A stretch of 63,222 bases of DNA, the filler included, from Deltaproteobacteria bacterium (lineage in GTDB: Bacteria > JACQOV01), in the NCBI GenBank assembly GCA_016202395.1. It is 3 parts of 3 records of this genome, joined end to end, with 100 filler letters (N's around TTAATTAATTAA, not from the genome) between each part and the next. Parts side by side here need not be neighbours in the genome. Positions count along the whole stretch, not along the records: positions 26,104 to 54,719 come from JACQOV010000093.1; 2 more parts are not named here. One strand, given 5' to 3'. The position numbers were made by a program, and so were the translations under genes. Of this stretch, positions 30,191 through 43,025 are shown one piece after another. The first letter of the stretch is position 1. Every line of letters starts with the position of its first letter. The notes beneath the pieces were generated by a model. The model saw only the letters and a list, made by a program, of their open reading frames with translations, did not search any database and was not told the origin of the DNA.

Positions 30191-31407
30191 TGTTTCTTTC
30201 CTTTCTGATCCCGCAACGCACGAATACGCAATCGCAGCGCTTGAAGTTTAATAAAACCTTCCGCATCTTTTTGGTTATAGACCGTGTCTTTTTCAAAAGT
30301 GGCAAGGTCGGATCGGAACAAGGAGTTCGGTGATTTTCGCCCCACCACCGTTGCAGAGCCTTTGTAAAGTTTGATCCGAGCCACCCCCACCACATCCTTT
30401 TGCGCATGATCGATAGCCGCTTGGAGAAATTCCCGCTCCGGAGAAAACCAAAAACCGTTGTAAACCAACTCCGCATACTTTGGAATGAGCGAGTCACGCA
30501 AGTGTAAAACCTCGCGATCTAAAGTAAGCGACTCCACAGCGCGATGAGCCTGGTGCAAAACCGTCACACCCGGAGTTTCATAAACGCCACGAGATTTCAT
30601 CCCCACAAACCGATTTTCTACAAGATCCGCTCGCCCCACTCCATGTTTTCCAGCAATTTCATTCAATTGTTCTAAAAGAGCCACCGAATCCAATCTCTTT
30701 CCATTGAGCGAAACGGGATTTCCGTTTTCATAACCGATCTCGACATGCCCCGGCGGATCGGGAGCCTTCGCGGGATCTGTCGTGAGTCGAAACATGTCGG
30801 CTGGGGGCTCCGCCCAAGGGTCTTCCAAGATTCCTCCTTCATAGCTGATGTGAACGATGTTCCGGTCCATGCTGTAAGGCTTTTTCACCGTCGCTGTGAC
30901 CGGAATTTTATATTTTTTGGCGTATTCGATGAGATCGGTTCGAGATTTGAACTCCCATTCCCGCCACGGAGCAATCACCTGAATGTTGGGATCCATCCCA
31001 TAACAAGTAAGCTCAAATCGGACTTGATCGTTTCCTTTCCCTGTGGCGCCGTGAGCCACGGCGTCCGCGCCCACCTCTTGAACAATCTCCATTTGCCCTT
31101 TGGCAATGATCGGTCGAGCAATCGAGGTTCCTAGAAGATAGTTTCCTTCGTAGACCGCATTGGCCCGAAGCATAGGAAAAACAAAATCTTGGACAAACTC
31201 TTTGCGCAAATCCTTGACGTAAAAAGCGCTCGCCCCCGTTTTTAAGGCCTTCTCTTCAAGCGCGTGGAGTTCTTCCCCCCCTTGCCCCACATCAGCAACG
31301 TAGGCCACCACCTCACATTGGTAATGCTCTTTCAACCAACGGATGATCACAGAGGTGTCTAATCCACCGGAGTATGCCACCACCACTTTTTTAATCTTAT
31401 TTTTCAT
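30187..31407 (-). CDS. argG: Argininosuccinate synthase
   Basis: [33 protein letters not shown]. Confidence 0.98.
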   Translation of the reverse strand: MKNKIKKVVVAYSGGLDTSVIIRWLKEHYQCEVVAYVADVGQGGEELHALEEKALKTGASAFYVKDLRKEFVQDFVFPMLRANAVYEGNYLLGTSIARPIIAKGQMEIVQEVGADAVAHGATGKGNDQVRFELTCYGMDPNIQVIAPWREWEFKSRTDLIEYAKKYKIPVTATVKKPYSMDRNIVHISYEGGILEDPWAEPPADMFRLTTDPAKAPDPPGHVEIGYENGNPVSLNGKRLDSVALLEQLNEIAGKHGVGRADLVENRFVGMKSRGVYETPGVTVLHQAHRAVESLTLDREVLHLRDSLIPKYAELVYNGFWFSPEREFLQAAIDHAQKDVVGVARIKLYKGSATVVGRKSPNSLFRSDLATFEKDTVYNQKDAEGFIKLQALRLRIRALRDQKGKKQ

Positions 31408-32320
31408 CGGCCAGCAACTTCTCCATCAACGCCTTCTGCACATGCAACCGATTCTCCGCCTGTTCAAAAATCAAAGCGCTATGCTTCTCAAAAACATCCA
31501 TGCTGATCTCTTCGCCACGATGGGCCGGCAAACAGTGCATAACTTTTACATTAGGAGCTGCGTGTTTCAACAACTCTCCATTGACCTGAAAATACTCTAA
31601 AGCTCGCAGTTTTTTAAGCTCGGCCTCTTGCCCCATACTCACCCAAACGTCGGTGTAAACGATCTTGGCCCCCCGCACGGCTTCCACCGCATCGTCCAAG
31701 AGGGTTGGAACATACCCTGTGGTTTTTCGAACTCGTTCCAAAAGGCGAGAACTGGGACCATAATTCTTCGGGCAGGCAATCTGGAGTGGAACCCCTAAAT
31801 GGGCCGCAGCCATAATCCAGGAGTGGCAAACGTTATTTCCATCCCCTACGTAAACAAGAGGCATTTTCTTAAAATCGCCAAACTGCTCTTGAATGGTAAA
31901 GAGATCGGCCAAAGCCTGGCAAGGATGCAATAGGTCGGTTAAGGCATTAATGACTGGAATCGTTGCAAATTGAGCCAGTGTCTCTACAGCTTCGTGCGAA
32001 TAGGTTCGAATAACAATCCCATCGACATAACGAGAAAGAATACGGGCAGTATCTTCGATCGGCTCCCCCCGCCCCAAGTGAGAATCCCCCGCGCTCAGGA
32101 AAATCGCGTGACCGCCGAGCTGCTCCATCCCCACCTCGAAGGAAACACGGGTGCGCGTGCTCGGTTTCTCAAAGATTAAAGCGAGGTTTTTCCCTTTTAA
32201 AGTTTGCTCCAGCTTTTGTCCTGCGTGGAACTTTTTCTTAAGCTCTTTGGCCCGCTTAAAAAGGGCAAAAATCTCTTTGGACGTCAAATCGGAAATCGCT
32301 AAAAAATCACGCTCTTTCAC
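31397..32320 (-). CDS. argF: Ornithine carbamoyltransferase
   Basis: [24 protein letters not shown]. Confidence 0.96.
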   Translation of the reverse strand: MKERDFLAISDLTSKEIFALFKRAKELKKKFHAGQKLEQTLKGKNLALIFEKPSTRTRVSFEVGMEQLGGHAIFLSAGDSHLGRGEPIEDTARILSRYVDGIVIRTYSHEAVETLAQFATIPVINALTDLLHPCQALADLFTIQEQFGDFKKMPLVYVGDGNNVCHSWIMAAAHLGVPLQIACPKNYGPSSRLLERVRKTTGYVPTLLDDAVEAVRGAKIVYTDVWVSMGQEAELKKLRALEYFQVNGELLKHAAPNVKVMHCLPAHRGEEISMDVFEKHSALIFEQAENRLHVQKALMEKLLADEK

Positions 32321-33522
32321 TGAATTTCCTCCTTCAAAACCCGATTGAGAATCGAGATCCCTTCATTGATTTGGCTTTTCTCAATAACAAGTGGCGGCAA
32401 AAATCGCAATGTTTTTTCGCAGGTGGCATTCAAGAGCAATCCTTCCCGTAAGCAACGCTCCACAATGGAGCGCACAGGGCGACTGAAGTCGATGGCCCAG
32501 ATCATGCCTCGACCCCGAATTTCAGTGATCGTGGAGTGGCATTTCTTCAGCTCATTCAGTTTCTTTTGGAAATACTCCCCCGCCGTTCGAACCCGCTTCA
32601 AGAAAGACGGGCTCGAAAGCCTCCGAAAAGCGGCAATTCCGACAGCCGTAGCAAGGGGGTTTCCACCGAATGTGCAACCATGGGTGCCAGGCCCCATGCT
32701 TTGGGCCACCTCTTCACGCGCTAAAACCGCGCCGATAGAAACTCCTCCCGCCAGTGATTTGGCCAGGGTGGCAATATCTGGCGTCACCCCCTCCTGTTCG
32801 TGAGCCATCAACTCTCCCGTTCGACTCAAGCCCACCTGAACCTCATCGAAAATCAAAAGAATCTTGTTCTCATCGCAGATTTTTCGGAGCCCCTTGAGAT
32901 AACCATTGCTTGGAACATAAACTCCCCCTTCCCCTTGGATCGGTTCCACAAAGAGGGCGCAGGTTTTTTCATCCACGGCCTTGGCGGTAGCCTCCAGATC
33001 GTCAAATGGCACATAGCGAAAACCGGAAGGCATTGGCTCAAACCCTTTCTGGACCTTCTCTTGCCCTGTGGCCGCAATCATGGCCAAGGTGCGACCATGG
33101 AAAGAGCCTTTGGCGGTGATCACCTCAAACCGCTCTGGACGCCCTTGATCCTTGCTAAATTTACGAGCGAGCTTCACCGCGGTTTCATTCGCCTCCGCTC
33201 CGCTGTTGCAAAAGAAAACTCGATCGGCGAACGTTTTTTCAACCAAGAGCTTTGCCAGTTCAATTTGCGAAGGGATAAAGAGATCGTTCGTCACATGAAG
33301 AAGACGGGAAGCCTGTTTTTTGATGGCTGAAACAATCCGGGGATTGGCATGTCCCAGATTTGCAGTTCCTCGTCCCCCAATCCAATCCAGGTAACGCTTT
33401 CCTTCCACATCCCAAAGGTAGCATCCCTTTCCACGAGCGACAGCCATGGGAAGTTGCCCTCCGTAATTTTGAAAGAGATACCGCTGCGCCATCTCCACGT
33501 AATATTTGTTATTCTTAGCCAC
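32317..33522 (-). CDS. argD: Acetylornithine aminotransferase
   Basis: NSGAEANE, FHGRT, EPIQGEGG, DEVQ, AKSLAGG, HGCTFGGNPL; position within arg operon. Confidence 0.93.
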   Translation of the reverse strand: MAKNNKYYVEMAQRYLFQNYGGQLPMAVARGKGCYLWDVEGKRYLDWIGGRGTANLGHANPRIVSAIKKQASRLLHVTNDLFIPSQIELAKLLVEKTFADRVFFCNSGAEANETAVKLARKFSKDQGRPERFEVITAKGSFHGRTLAMIAATGQEKVQKGFEPMPSGFRYVPFDDLEATAKAVDEKTCALFVEPIQGEGGVYVPSNGYLKGLRKICDENKILLIFDEVQVGLSRTGELMAHEQEGVTPDIATLAKSLAGGVSIGAVLAREEVAQSMGPGTHGCTFGGNPLATAVGIAAFRRLSSPSFLKRVRTAGEYFQKKLNELKKCHSTITEIRGRGMIWAIDFSRPVRSIVERCLREGLLLNATCEKTLRFLPPLVIEKSQINEGISILNRVLKEEIQ

Positions 33523-33523
33523 T

Positions 33524-35922
<2,399 letters not shown>

Positions 35923-35925
35923 AGA

Positions 35926-36456
35926 CTAAATCTCCTCAACGACAATATTTTCGTTCGTGTAAACGCAAATCTGAGCCGCTATCTTCATCGCTTCCTTGAC
36001 AATCGAGGTGGTATCGAGATTCGAGAAACGCACCAACGCTCGCGCGGCGGCCACCGCATAACTTCCACCCGAGCCAATGGCGGCAACGTTATCATCGGGT
36101 TCGATGATGTCGCCATTGCCCGAGATGACCAACATATTTTCCTGATTGGCCACTAACAACAAAGCCTCCAACTTTCGAAGGGCTCGATCTAAACGCCAAT
36201 CTTTTGCTAACTCCACCGCAGCTCGAATTAAATTCCCATTGTACTCCTCGAGCCGCTTCTCAAATCGTTCAAATAGAGTGAAGGCATCGGCGGAGGCCCC
36301 AGCGAATCCGGCCATGACACGATCTTGGTAGAGCTTTCGGACCTTCCTGGCCGAATGCTTCATCACCTGATCCCCTAGACTCACTTGACCATCCCCCGCC
36401 ATCACCACTTTCCCTTGGTGACGAATCGCTAACACCGTTGTTGATCGAATGTTCAT
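35926..36456 (-). CDS. hslV: ATP-dependent protease peptidase subunit
   Basis: STTVL, AGDGQV, GFAG, IGSGG, ICVYTN. Confidence 0.97.
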   Translation of the reverse strand: MNIRSTTVLAIRHQGKVVMAGDGQVSLGDQVMKHSARKVRKLYQDRVMAGFAGASADAFTLFERFEKRLEEYNGNLIRAAVELAKDWRLDRALRKLEALLLVANQENMLVISGNGDIIEPDDNVAAIGSGGSYAVAAARALVRFSNLDTTSIVKEAMKIAAQICVYTNENIVVEEI

Positions 36457-36515
36457 GTTTCCTCCTTGCTAAAGTCACCTCTGTGGGGACAGTTAGCAAA
36501 GCCAAACTGTCCCCA

Positions 36516-37421
36516 TCACCGACCCGCTCGTGGATGAGCTTTATCGTAGACCTCCAAAATTCTTCCTAAACTCACATGAGTGTATCTCTGTGTCGTCCCC
36601 AATTGAGCATGCCCCAGTAGCTCTTGGATCGATCGTAAATCGGCTCCCGCATCCAGTAAATGTGTTGCAAAACTGTGTCGCAACCCATGAGGCCCAATCT
36701 TTTTCCCAATACCACTGACTCGAAGGCAACAATCCAAAATCCTTCGGACAGAGCGTTCCGTTAAACGCCCTCCGCGCTGGTTGATGAAAAGGGCTTGACG
36801 ATCTCGTAACACCGATTGCTGATTCTCTAGCCACTTCTCTCGAACCGGCAAATACCCTTTCAATACCCCTATAGCCCGCAAATGGATCGGAACCATCCTC
36901 TCCTTTTTCCCTTTCCCTAACACACGGAGCGCTCGCCCTTCCCAATCAATATCCTCTAAATCAATTCCTGCCATCTCCCCCACTCGAATCCCGGTCGCAT
37001 AGAGAAGCTCCAGGATGGCCGCATCCCGAAGGCCCGGCTCCGTCTTCGTATCGGGGGCTTCCAGCAACGCATAGATCTCATCCACGGTTAAATACCGTGG
37101 AAGTTTTTGAATCTTCTTGGGATGCCGGAGATTCTCCGCCGGACTACTCTCAATCCCCTTGCGGTCCTTTAAGAACTGAAAAAAACTTTTAAGGCTCGCC
37201 AAAGCTCGCGAGACCGTCGCACCGCTTTTTTTCTGATACAGAGATCCCAAATAGCCCCGCAATGTCGTTGCTTCTCGCCAGTCCTCCTCTTTCCCCTCCA
37301 CATAACTCTCGAACTGCTCTAGATCTTGAAGATATCCCCGCACGGTATGCTCAGAGGCCTTCTGCTCCTGCGCCAAATACTCCCCAAACTCACGAATTGC
37401 CTCAGAGAGGTGGATCGCCAA
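36516..37421 (-). CDS. xerC: Tyrosine recombinase
   Basis: LYATGIRV, GKGKKER, HGLRHSFATH, LGH, TQRY, KAHPRA; TTG start after GGAGG; upstream of hslV. Confidence 0.9.
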   Translation of the reverse strand: MAIHLSEAIREFGEYLAQEQKASEHTVRGYLQDLEQFESYVEGKEEDWREATTLRGYLGSLYQKKSGATVSRALASLKSFFQFLKDRKGIESSPAENLRHPKKIQKLPRYLTVDEIYALLEAPDTKTEPGLRDAAILELLYATGIRVGEMAGIDLEDIDWEGRALRVLGKGKKERMVPIHLRAIGVLKGYLPVREKWLENQQSVLRDRQALFINQRGGRLTERSVRRILDCCLRVSGIGKKIGPHGLRHSFATHLLDAGADLRSIQELLGHAQLGTTQRYTHVSLGRILEVYDKAHPRAGR

Positions 37422-37495
37422 ACCTCCTCCTTTGAAGTTTCGGAATATAGCATAATTTTTGCGGAGTTTAAAGCAATTGACGCTCTGTGACAAGT

Positions 37496-38446
37496 CTACC
37501 AACGAGCCGGGACCCCTCTAACATCCACGTGCACAAACGGCCCATGATGTTCAGTCGAGTTGTATTGGGCCAGCCCTCCAACAAAGGGGGAATACCAAGG
37601 CTCTTCGTACAAACGATCGATCAGGTCAAAGAGAACTGCGGCATCCGCCGGATCACTCTTTCCATCGCGGTCAAGATCGTCCATGATATTATCGTTGTTG
37701 GCATCCACAAAAATATCGGCCGCATCCCCCCAGGTGTGGCGGCTATAGGTCGTTTCATTGCCGATCGCTTGATTGTAGTAAGGGGTGCGATAGCCGCTCA
37801 TGACAAACAGGCTCTCTGCGGGAAAACCAGCCTTGTTCACCTCCTCTAAAACCAACTCCAGATTCAGGAGCAGACGCTCGCGCAAAACGATGTACTTGGG
37901 ATAGGCGCTCTCTTGTTTGGCAACAAATTGCCTCAATCGGAAATGAGGGGTGAGAAAAAGATCTTCATTTTCGGGGGTGACTTCCACAAACCCTTTGGGC
38001 AGATTATAGATCGGAAGATTGTTGAGAGGGGTTGAAGGATAAGAGCCGATCCGATAACCGTTGAGATATCCCTGTTTCAATCGAGCGAATGGGATCATCA
38101 CAAAGACCTGGAGCGTCATGGAACCGTTTTCTGGACCGAGGATTTCCAAGGCGTAAACCCCTTTTTTTGAAGGGGCTTGAACCTCCCACCGATTACGCCC
38201 GGATTTTGAATAGGTCAACGAAGTTTGGAGATCGTATGCCCCTTTATGAAGAATCTCCACGGGAAATTTCTCTCCTGGAAGGACAAACAGACTCATCACC
38301 CGATAGGAAGAGGTCTCCTCCTTCAATTTAACCGTAAACCCCACTTTATCGGTCGAGATCTCCACCGGCACGTTCACAAAACCGGCCTGAGAAACCAATA
38401 AAACCACCAGTAAGGCAGCTGCTTTTATACCATTTTGTCTCATCAT
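37496..38446 (-). CDS. Peptidase M15 family (YcbK/MepK-like) secreted protein
   Basis: Signal peptide; SGYRT..YN, SRHxxGDAAD, FVHVD zinc-ligand pattern. Confidence 0.82.
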   Translation of the reverse strand: MMRQNGIKAAALLVVLLVSQAGFVNVPVEISTDKVGFTVKLKEETSSYRVMSLFVLPGEKFPVEILHKGAYDLQTSLTYSKSGRNRWEVQAPSKKGVYALEILGPENGSMTLQVFVMIPFARLKQGYLNGYRIGSYPSTPLNNLPIYNLPKGFVEVTPENEDLFLTPHFRLRQFVAKQESAYPKYIVLRERLLLNLELVLEEVNKAGFPAESLFVMSGYRTPYYNQAIGNETTYSRHTWGDAADIFVDANNDNIMDDLDRDGKSDPADAAVLFDLIDRLYEEPWYSPFVGGLAQYNSTEHHGPFVHVDVRGVPARW

Positions 38447-38549
38447 TACCCTAATTACCCTAAAAACCCTAAGAAGAATTTATCTCGAACCAACCCTATT
38501 CGCTTGTTTTTATAGCATATTCCTTCAAAAAAAGAAATCAAAACGTCGT

Positions 38550-39005
38550 TTAGCCAAGGATCCCATATTTTTGAGGGTTTTGGAGAACTGGCTTAATTGC
38601 TTTAAGGAAAATTTCAAAATCTTGGAGATGATTTTGCAAGAGATTGTAGAGTTCCTCCGAAGTGACTTCCGCATAAAAATGAACTAATCGATTTCTATAG
38701 CCAGCCATGTGAGTTAAAGTGGAGTTGGCAAATTGGGGATCAAGAATGCCGACCTCTCCTAATTTTCGAGCAATCGCTTTGTATTCCGTCGCTTGCCCCC
38801 CTGGAATGCGAGAAAGAATGTGGGTGCTAATATGAAAAACCCCCTCTAGCGCTCTGTGGAGATGGAACTGAGCCAATTTATAACCAACCCCCTCTGAAAA
38901 ATCTTTCAGGGAAAACCTAGCAAGCTTTTCCAATTCTCGGAGCTCTTCCTGAATGCCGTTCATCCGACGCAAAACAGTCTCACGATCTAAAGGGATTGGG
39001 GTCAT
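38550..39005 (-). CDS. HEPN (HepT/DUF86) RNase toxin
   Basis: RNRLVHFY matches RX4HXY; overlaps the upstream MNT gene. Confidence 0.9.
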   Translation of the reverse strand: MTPIPLDRETVLRRMNGIQEELRELEKLARFSLKDFSEGVGYKLAQFHLHRALEGVFHISTHILSRIPGGQATEYKAIARKLGEVGILDPQFANSTLTHMAGYRNRLVHFYAEVTSEELYNLLQNHLQDFEIFLKAIKPVLQNPQKYGILG

Positions 39006-39406
39006 ATTCGTCCTAAGATGGATTCATGGAAAATTTTTCGATGGGGAGCAAAGTCGGCGTAAAACTCGATTGTCCGTTCGATGAAATCTGAAACAATCGA
39101 GGCATCCCCTAAGTAAAGAAGATTCCCAGAAGAAACCACGTGATACTGAAGCTGAAGATCGGCCGATTGCAAGAAAACAATATCGATGTTCACTAACTTT
39201 TGAATTTGGGAAGAAAAAAGGTCATAAAGCCGGTCGTAAATAGAATTTTTTTGCGATGTATCTGAAAGAACCTTATAATCTTTAATTAAAATTCCGAAAT
39301 CATAATCACTGGTTTCTCGAGCCAATCCTTGCGCCTGAGATCCAAAAAGGAAAACACCGGCAATCCCCAATCTCTCCATCTCCCCTCTTGGAAATTGAAA
39401 ATCCAT
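39002..39406 (-). CDS. Minimal nucleotidyltransferase (MntA-like antitoxin)
   Basis: LFGS-x10-DYD, IDIVFL. Confidence 0.9.
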   Translation of the reverse strand: MDFQFPRGEMERLGIAGVFLFGSQAQGLARETSDYDFGILIKDYKVLSDTSQKNSIYDRLYDLFSSQIQKLVNIDIVFLQSADLQLQYHVVSSGNLLYLGDASIVSDFIERTIEFYADFAPHRKIFHESILGRI

Positions 39407-39439
39407 AGGTTTTGATAATCGCAATTTTAACCGATCCTG

Positions 39440-41050
39440 TCAATGGATCTGAAGAGTGAGGGCGAGGTCGCGGTCGCGGCCGTAAAGATCGTTGCGGAAT
39501 TGAACGGCGCCATCGGAATCGACCCAGGCAGTCCAATAAAGGAGATGGATTGATACCGGCTCCGGAAGCCGAACGGTTTGCTCGGTTCCACGGTCAATCG
39601 CTGTCTGCAATTTTGCAGGGTTCCATCGGGAATCGCCACGCAGGAGATACTCCGCAAGTTCCAGAGGCTTTTCCACACGGATGCAACCGGAACTGAAATT
39701 TCGCACGGTTCTCTCAAAAAGCTCTTGAGAGGGGGTGTCGTGAAGGTAGACATCATATGGGTTGGGGAACATGAATTTGATTCGTCCCAAAGCATTGTTC
39801 GCTCCAGGATCCTGCTGCAGCCGATAGCGAAAATTAGAGGGTGTGACCTGGGTCCAATCGATTGTGGCCAAATCTACTTCGCGAATCTCTCCTTCATTCC
39901 CTTCGTAAACGCGGATCTTTTTCCGTTGCAACACGCTAGGATCTTGCTGGATCTCAGGGAGGAGGTCATTCACCGCGATCATCCTGGGCACATACCAATG
40001 AGGATTCAAAACAAGGTAGCGGATCTTGTCACTAAAGACAGGGGTTTGACGATACGATCTCCCCACGATCACTCGCATCTTGATGACGGATTCTTCTTTT
40101 TCCAAAACCTCGAGTTCGAAACTGGCGATGTTGACCTGAACACGGCGTTTTCCCAAATCCTCCGGCATCCAACGCCAACGCTCCATGTTGAGTTCAATCT
40201 GGTGAATCCGATCCTCCACAGAAACATTCAGCGCTTCTAAAGTGGAGTTTCCTACAACCCCATCGGGCTCCAACCCATGACGACGCTGAAATAGTTGAAT
40301 CTCCTCTTCCAAGATATCATCAAACACCTCTTCCGGAAGCGGCTTGGGAAACGAGACCCCCTCGGCTTCCAATCGACGCCGCAATGCGATAACCGCTTCT
40401 CCTGTATCCCCTTTTTTCAACGGCGGTTGAACCGCCACCGAAAACCATCCCCCTTGCTCGCCAATCTCTCGATACCGAGCCAAGGCATGGCGGAGCCGCG
40501 CATAGGCAGAATGAACGGGCAAAAGACGCTCCAAGGTTTTGGAAATCTCTTTTTCATTAAGCGCCTTCTCTAAAAGGGCCACGGAATCCATCTCTTTTTC
40601 CGAACGAACGCGCCCTTGAAAGAGATGTTTCGCATAGGTGAGAAAAGCATCTGTGAGAAGCAGATCGAGAACGGCTCGGGCCTCAGGATCAACGGCCCTC
40701 TGATCCCAACTGGCCTGCCGCAGTTGCGATACAATCCTCTCAAGGGTCACTAAGTGATATTCTTCAGGATAAAGCCCCTCTTCGTTGGCTTTATGAAGGG
40801 ATCGAATAAGATCCCCCGCTTCGCGAAGAAGACCTTTTTTGTGACTCCAAGCGGGTTGATAAACGCGACGTTGATAAAAGGAGACTAAATTCTCCGGAGA
40901 ATCGATCGATTCCCCCTCCACAACCAACTCTACCGGAACGGGAGCTGCCTCAAGGCGGCTGCGAAGCTCTTCTGCCACAGGATCGGGCAAAACCTGGGCT
41001 TGGACAGAGGCAACGCAAAGAAGAAGTGGAATGAGGATTCTACTCAACAC
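39440..41050 (-). CDS. L,D-transpeptidase (YcbB/LdtD-like) with PG-binding domain
   Basis: FQxRHGLxxDG, LNMERWRW, NALGRIKFMFPN, YLHDTP, SSGCIR. Confidence 0.92.
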   Translation of the reverse strand: MLSRILIPLLLCVASVQAQVLPDPVAEELRSRLEAAPVPVELVVEGESIDSPENLVSFYQRRVYQPAWSHKKGLLREAGDLIRSLHKANEEGLYPEEYHLVTLERIVSQLRQASWDQRAVDPEARAVLDLLLTDAFLTYAKHLFQGRVRSEKEMDSVALLEKALNEKEISKTLERLLPVHSAYARLRHALARYREIGEQGGWFSVAVQPPLKKGDTGEAVIALRRRLEAEGVSFPKPLPEEVFDDILEEEIQLFQRRHGLEPDGVVGNSTLEALNVSVEDRIHQIELNMERWRWMPEDLGKRRVQVNIASFELEVLEKEESVIKMRVIVGRSYRQTPVFSDKIRYLVLNPHWYVPRMIAVNDLLPEIQQDPSVLQRKKIRVYEGNEGEIREVDLATIDWTQVTPSNFRYRLQQDPGANNALGRIKFMFPNPYDVYLHDTPSQELFERTVRNFSSGCIRVEKPLELAEYLLRGDSRWNPAKLQTAIDRGTEQTVRLPEPVSIHLLYWTAWVDSDGAVQFRNDLYGRDRDLALTLQIH

Positions 41051-41052
41051 TT

Positions 41053-42501
41053 TTAGCTGAGATGCTTTGTGACAAACTGAATAACCTTCTGGAGTTGGGG
41101 CTTATAGGGAGGATAAAAAAGCCGAAGCATATCGATCGACCCCTGCCTTAGAACCGCTCGCTCGTGAGAGAGAGCCCGAAAACCAAAGATGCCGTGGTAG
41201 TTCCCCATGCCACTCTGACCCACACCGCCAAAGGGGAGACTACTATTTCCAAGATGAATCACAGCGGCGTTCACGCAGCTTCCACCCGAGGTGGTGTGAC
41301 TCAAAACCTTCTCGACGGTCTTAGAGTTTTCAGAAAAAACATACAAGGCCAATGGCTTCTCCTTGGAACGAATCAGCTCGATCGCCTCATCCATAGAACG
41401 AAAAGTGAGGATCGGCAAAATCGGGCCAAAGATCTCCTCTTTCATAATGGGCGAATCGGGCGTCACTTGAGAAAGGAGGGTCGGAGAAAGATAACGCTCT
41501 CCGGGATTGGCGTATCCTCCAAACTCGATTTTTGCCCCTCGCGCAACCGACTCCTCGAGAATCCCCTTCAATCCTTGAAGATGCTGAGGGCTCACCAGGC
41601 GGCAAAAGTAGGGGCTTTTCTCAATCTCTTCGGGCGTCTTCCCGTAGCGAGAAGCGAGAACCTCTCTGGATCTCGAAACGAAATCCGAGGCACGGCTTTC
41701 GTGGATGAGTAAATAATCGGGAGCGACACAGGTTTGCCCCGAGTTGATAAACTTTCCCCACACAATCCGCTCTGCCGCTTTTTGGATATCCGCCGTCTCA
41801 TCCACAATCGCGGGAGATTTTCCACCCAACTCCAAAGTGACGGGGGTCAAATGTTTCGCAGCCGCCGTCATCACCTTCTTCCCAATCGGAGGGCTACCCG
41901 TGAAAAAGATGTGATCGAAACGAAGCTCCAGGAGAGCATCGGCAACGGAGGAATCCCCCTCAAAAACAGCAACCTCCTCCTCATCGAAAACTTCGGCAAG
42001 GAACTCTTTTAAGAATCGAGCCGTGTGTGGAACCTTGCTGGAAGGTTTCAAAATTACGCAATTCCCCGCAGAAATCGCTGTAACGACCGGCACCATCGAC
42101 AGTTGGAATGGATAGTTCCACGGGGAAAGGATCAACACAAGCCCCTTCGGCTCAAAGCGAACCTCACTTTGAGTTCCAAAAAGAGCAATGGGGGTTTCTA
42201 CTTTTTGAGGCTTCATCCAGCCTTTTAGATGATGAATTGTGTGCTTAATATCGGCAGCCGTGGGATGAATCTCTGTAATGTCTGTTTCTGAAGGATGTTT
42301 TCGATAATCGTTGTAAATGGCTTGCTGGAGTTTTTCTCGGTTAGCAAAGATCGCGTCGTTCAACTTCCGAAGTTTTGCGATCCGCTCCTCCGCTGAAGTG
42401 AGAGCGATCTTCCAACGATTCGCTCGCTGCTTCTCATAGACCCTGAAAATCTCGTCCATGAGAGGATTTTCGACTTGAGGCTGCGCGATAGCTACAGGCA
42501 T
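41053..42501 (-). CDS. Aldehyde dehydrogenase (class 3-like)
   Basis: PWNYP, FTGS, LELGGKSP, GQTCVAPDY, EEIFGP, PFGGVG. Confidence 0.94.
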   Translation of the reverse strand: MPVAIAQPQVENPLMDEIFRVYEKQRANRWKIALTSAEERIAKLRKLNDAIFANREKLQQAIYNDYRKHPSETDITEIHPTAADIKHTIHHLKGWMKPQKVETPIALFGTQSEVRFEPKGLVLILSPWNYPFQLSMVPVVTAISAGNCVILKPSSKVPHTARFLKEFLAEVFDEEEVAVFEGDSSVADALLELRFDHIFFTGSPPIGKKVMTAAAKHLTPVTLELGGKSPAIVDETADIQKAAERIVWGKFINSGQTCVAPDYLLIHESRASDFVSRSREVLASRYGKTPEEIEKSPYFCRLVSPQHLQGLKGILEESVARGAKIEFGGYANPGERYLSPTLLSQVTPDSPIMKEEIFGPILPILTFRSMDEAIELIRSKEKPLALYVFSENSKTVEKVLSHTTSGGSCVNAAVIHLGNSSLPFGGVGQSGMGNYHGIFGFRALSHERAVLRQGSIDMLRLFYPPYKPQLQKVIQFVTKHLS

Positions 42502-42524
42502 GTGTCTCTTCTACCACCAACTCT

Positions 42525-43025
42525 TTAATAAATCAACCGAAAGCTAGCTAAAAAAGCGGGGAGGGTTCGCAAGCGAAAATGGGTCACGGAGCGGGAAATA
42601 ACCCGCCCGGAGGCCTTCTCCGTTAGGACTCCGTAACAGGTCGTGTGAGAGATTAAAAGATTCCAAGGGCGGATGTTCACTTTCTCTCCCTCAAAATGAT
42701 AATCGACGCCATTGCATTGAAAATCAAAGAGATAGCGAATCTTGTGTTCCTTAAAATACCTTAATTCCAATCGTCCTTTGCAAGGAGTTTTTTCACAAAG
42801 CTCTCCCACGGTCACCTCTCCTTCAAGATCGTTCGTCATGAATCTTTCGCTGGAAGGACGAATCCACTCTTTCAAGCGGGTTGCCCCCCACCTCACACGA
42901 AATTCGAAAGGGAGGCGCCCAACAGGTCCTTGATTCGGCTCGAATTGGTGCTCCCCTGTCATGATCTCATCGATCCGAAACCCCAAGGAACCTGCCTTAT
43001 TTAAGAGATTAGAGAGAGGGATCAT
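42525..43025 (-). CDS. Hypothetical protein, probably beta-rich
   Basis: Overlaps the SDR stop codon and is co-oriented with SDR and ALDH; normal composition. Confidence 0.7.
   Translation of the reverse strand: MIPLSNLLNKAGSLGFRIDEIMTGEHQFEPNQGPVGRLPFEFRVRWGATRLKEWIRPSSERFMTNDLEGEVTVGELCEKTPCKGRLELRYFKEHKIRYLFDFQCNGVDYHFEGEKVNIRPWNLLISHTTCYGVLTEKASGRVISRSVTHFRLRTLPAFLASFRLIY

Noticed and set aside
36516-37421. Tyrosine recombinase as an island or prophage integrase
   Set aside because: Sequence and position upstream of hslVU indicate housekeeping XerC.
37445-37478. dif-like sequence (TTATGCTATAT resembles the XerD arm) upstream of xerC
   Set aside because: No properly spaced XerC arm; it fits better as a TTGCTT...TATGCT promoter for xerC.
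39578-40240. Long antisense ORFs (e.g. 39578-40240, 16372-16968, 41164-41712, 44427-45170, 53838-54416)
   Set aside because: Shadow frames overlapping well-supported genes, with no motifs of their own.
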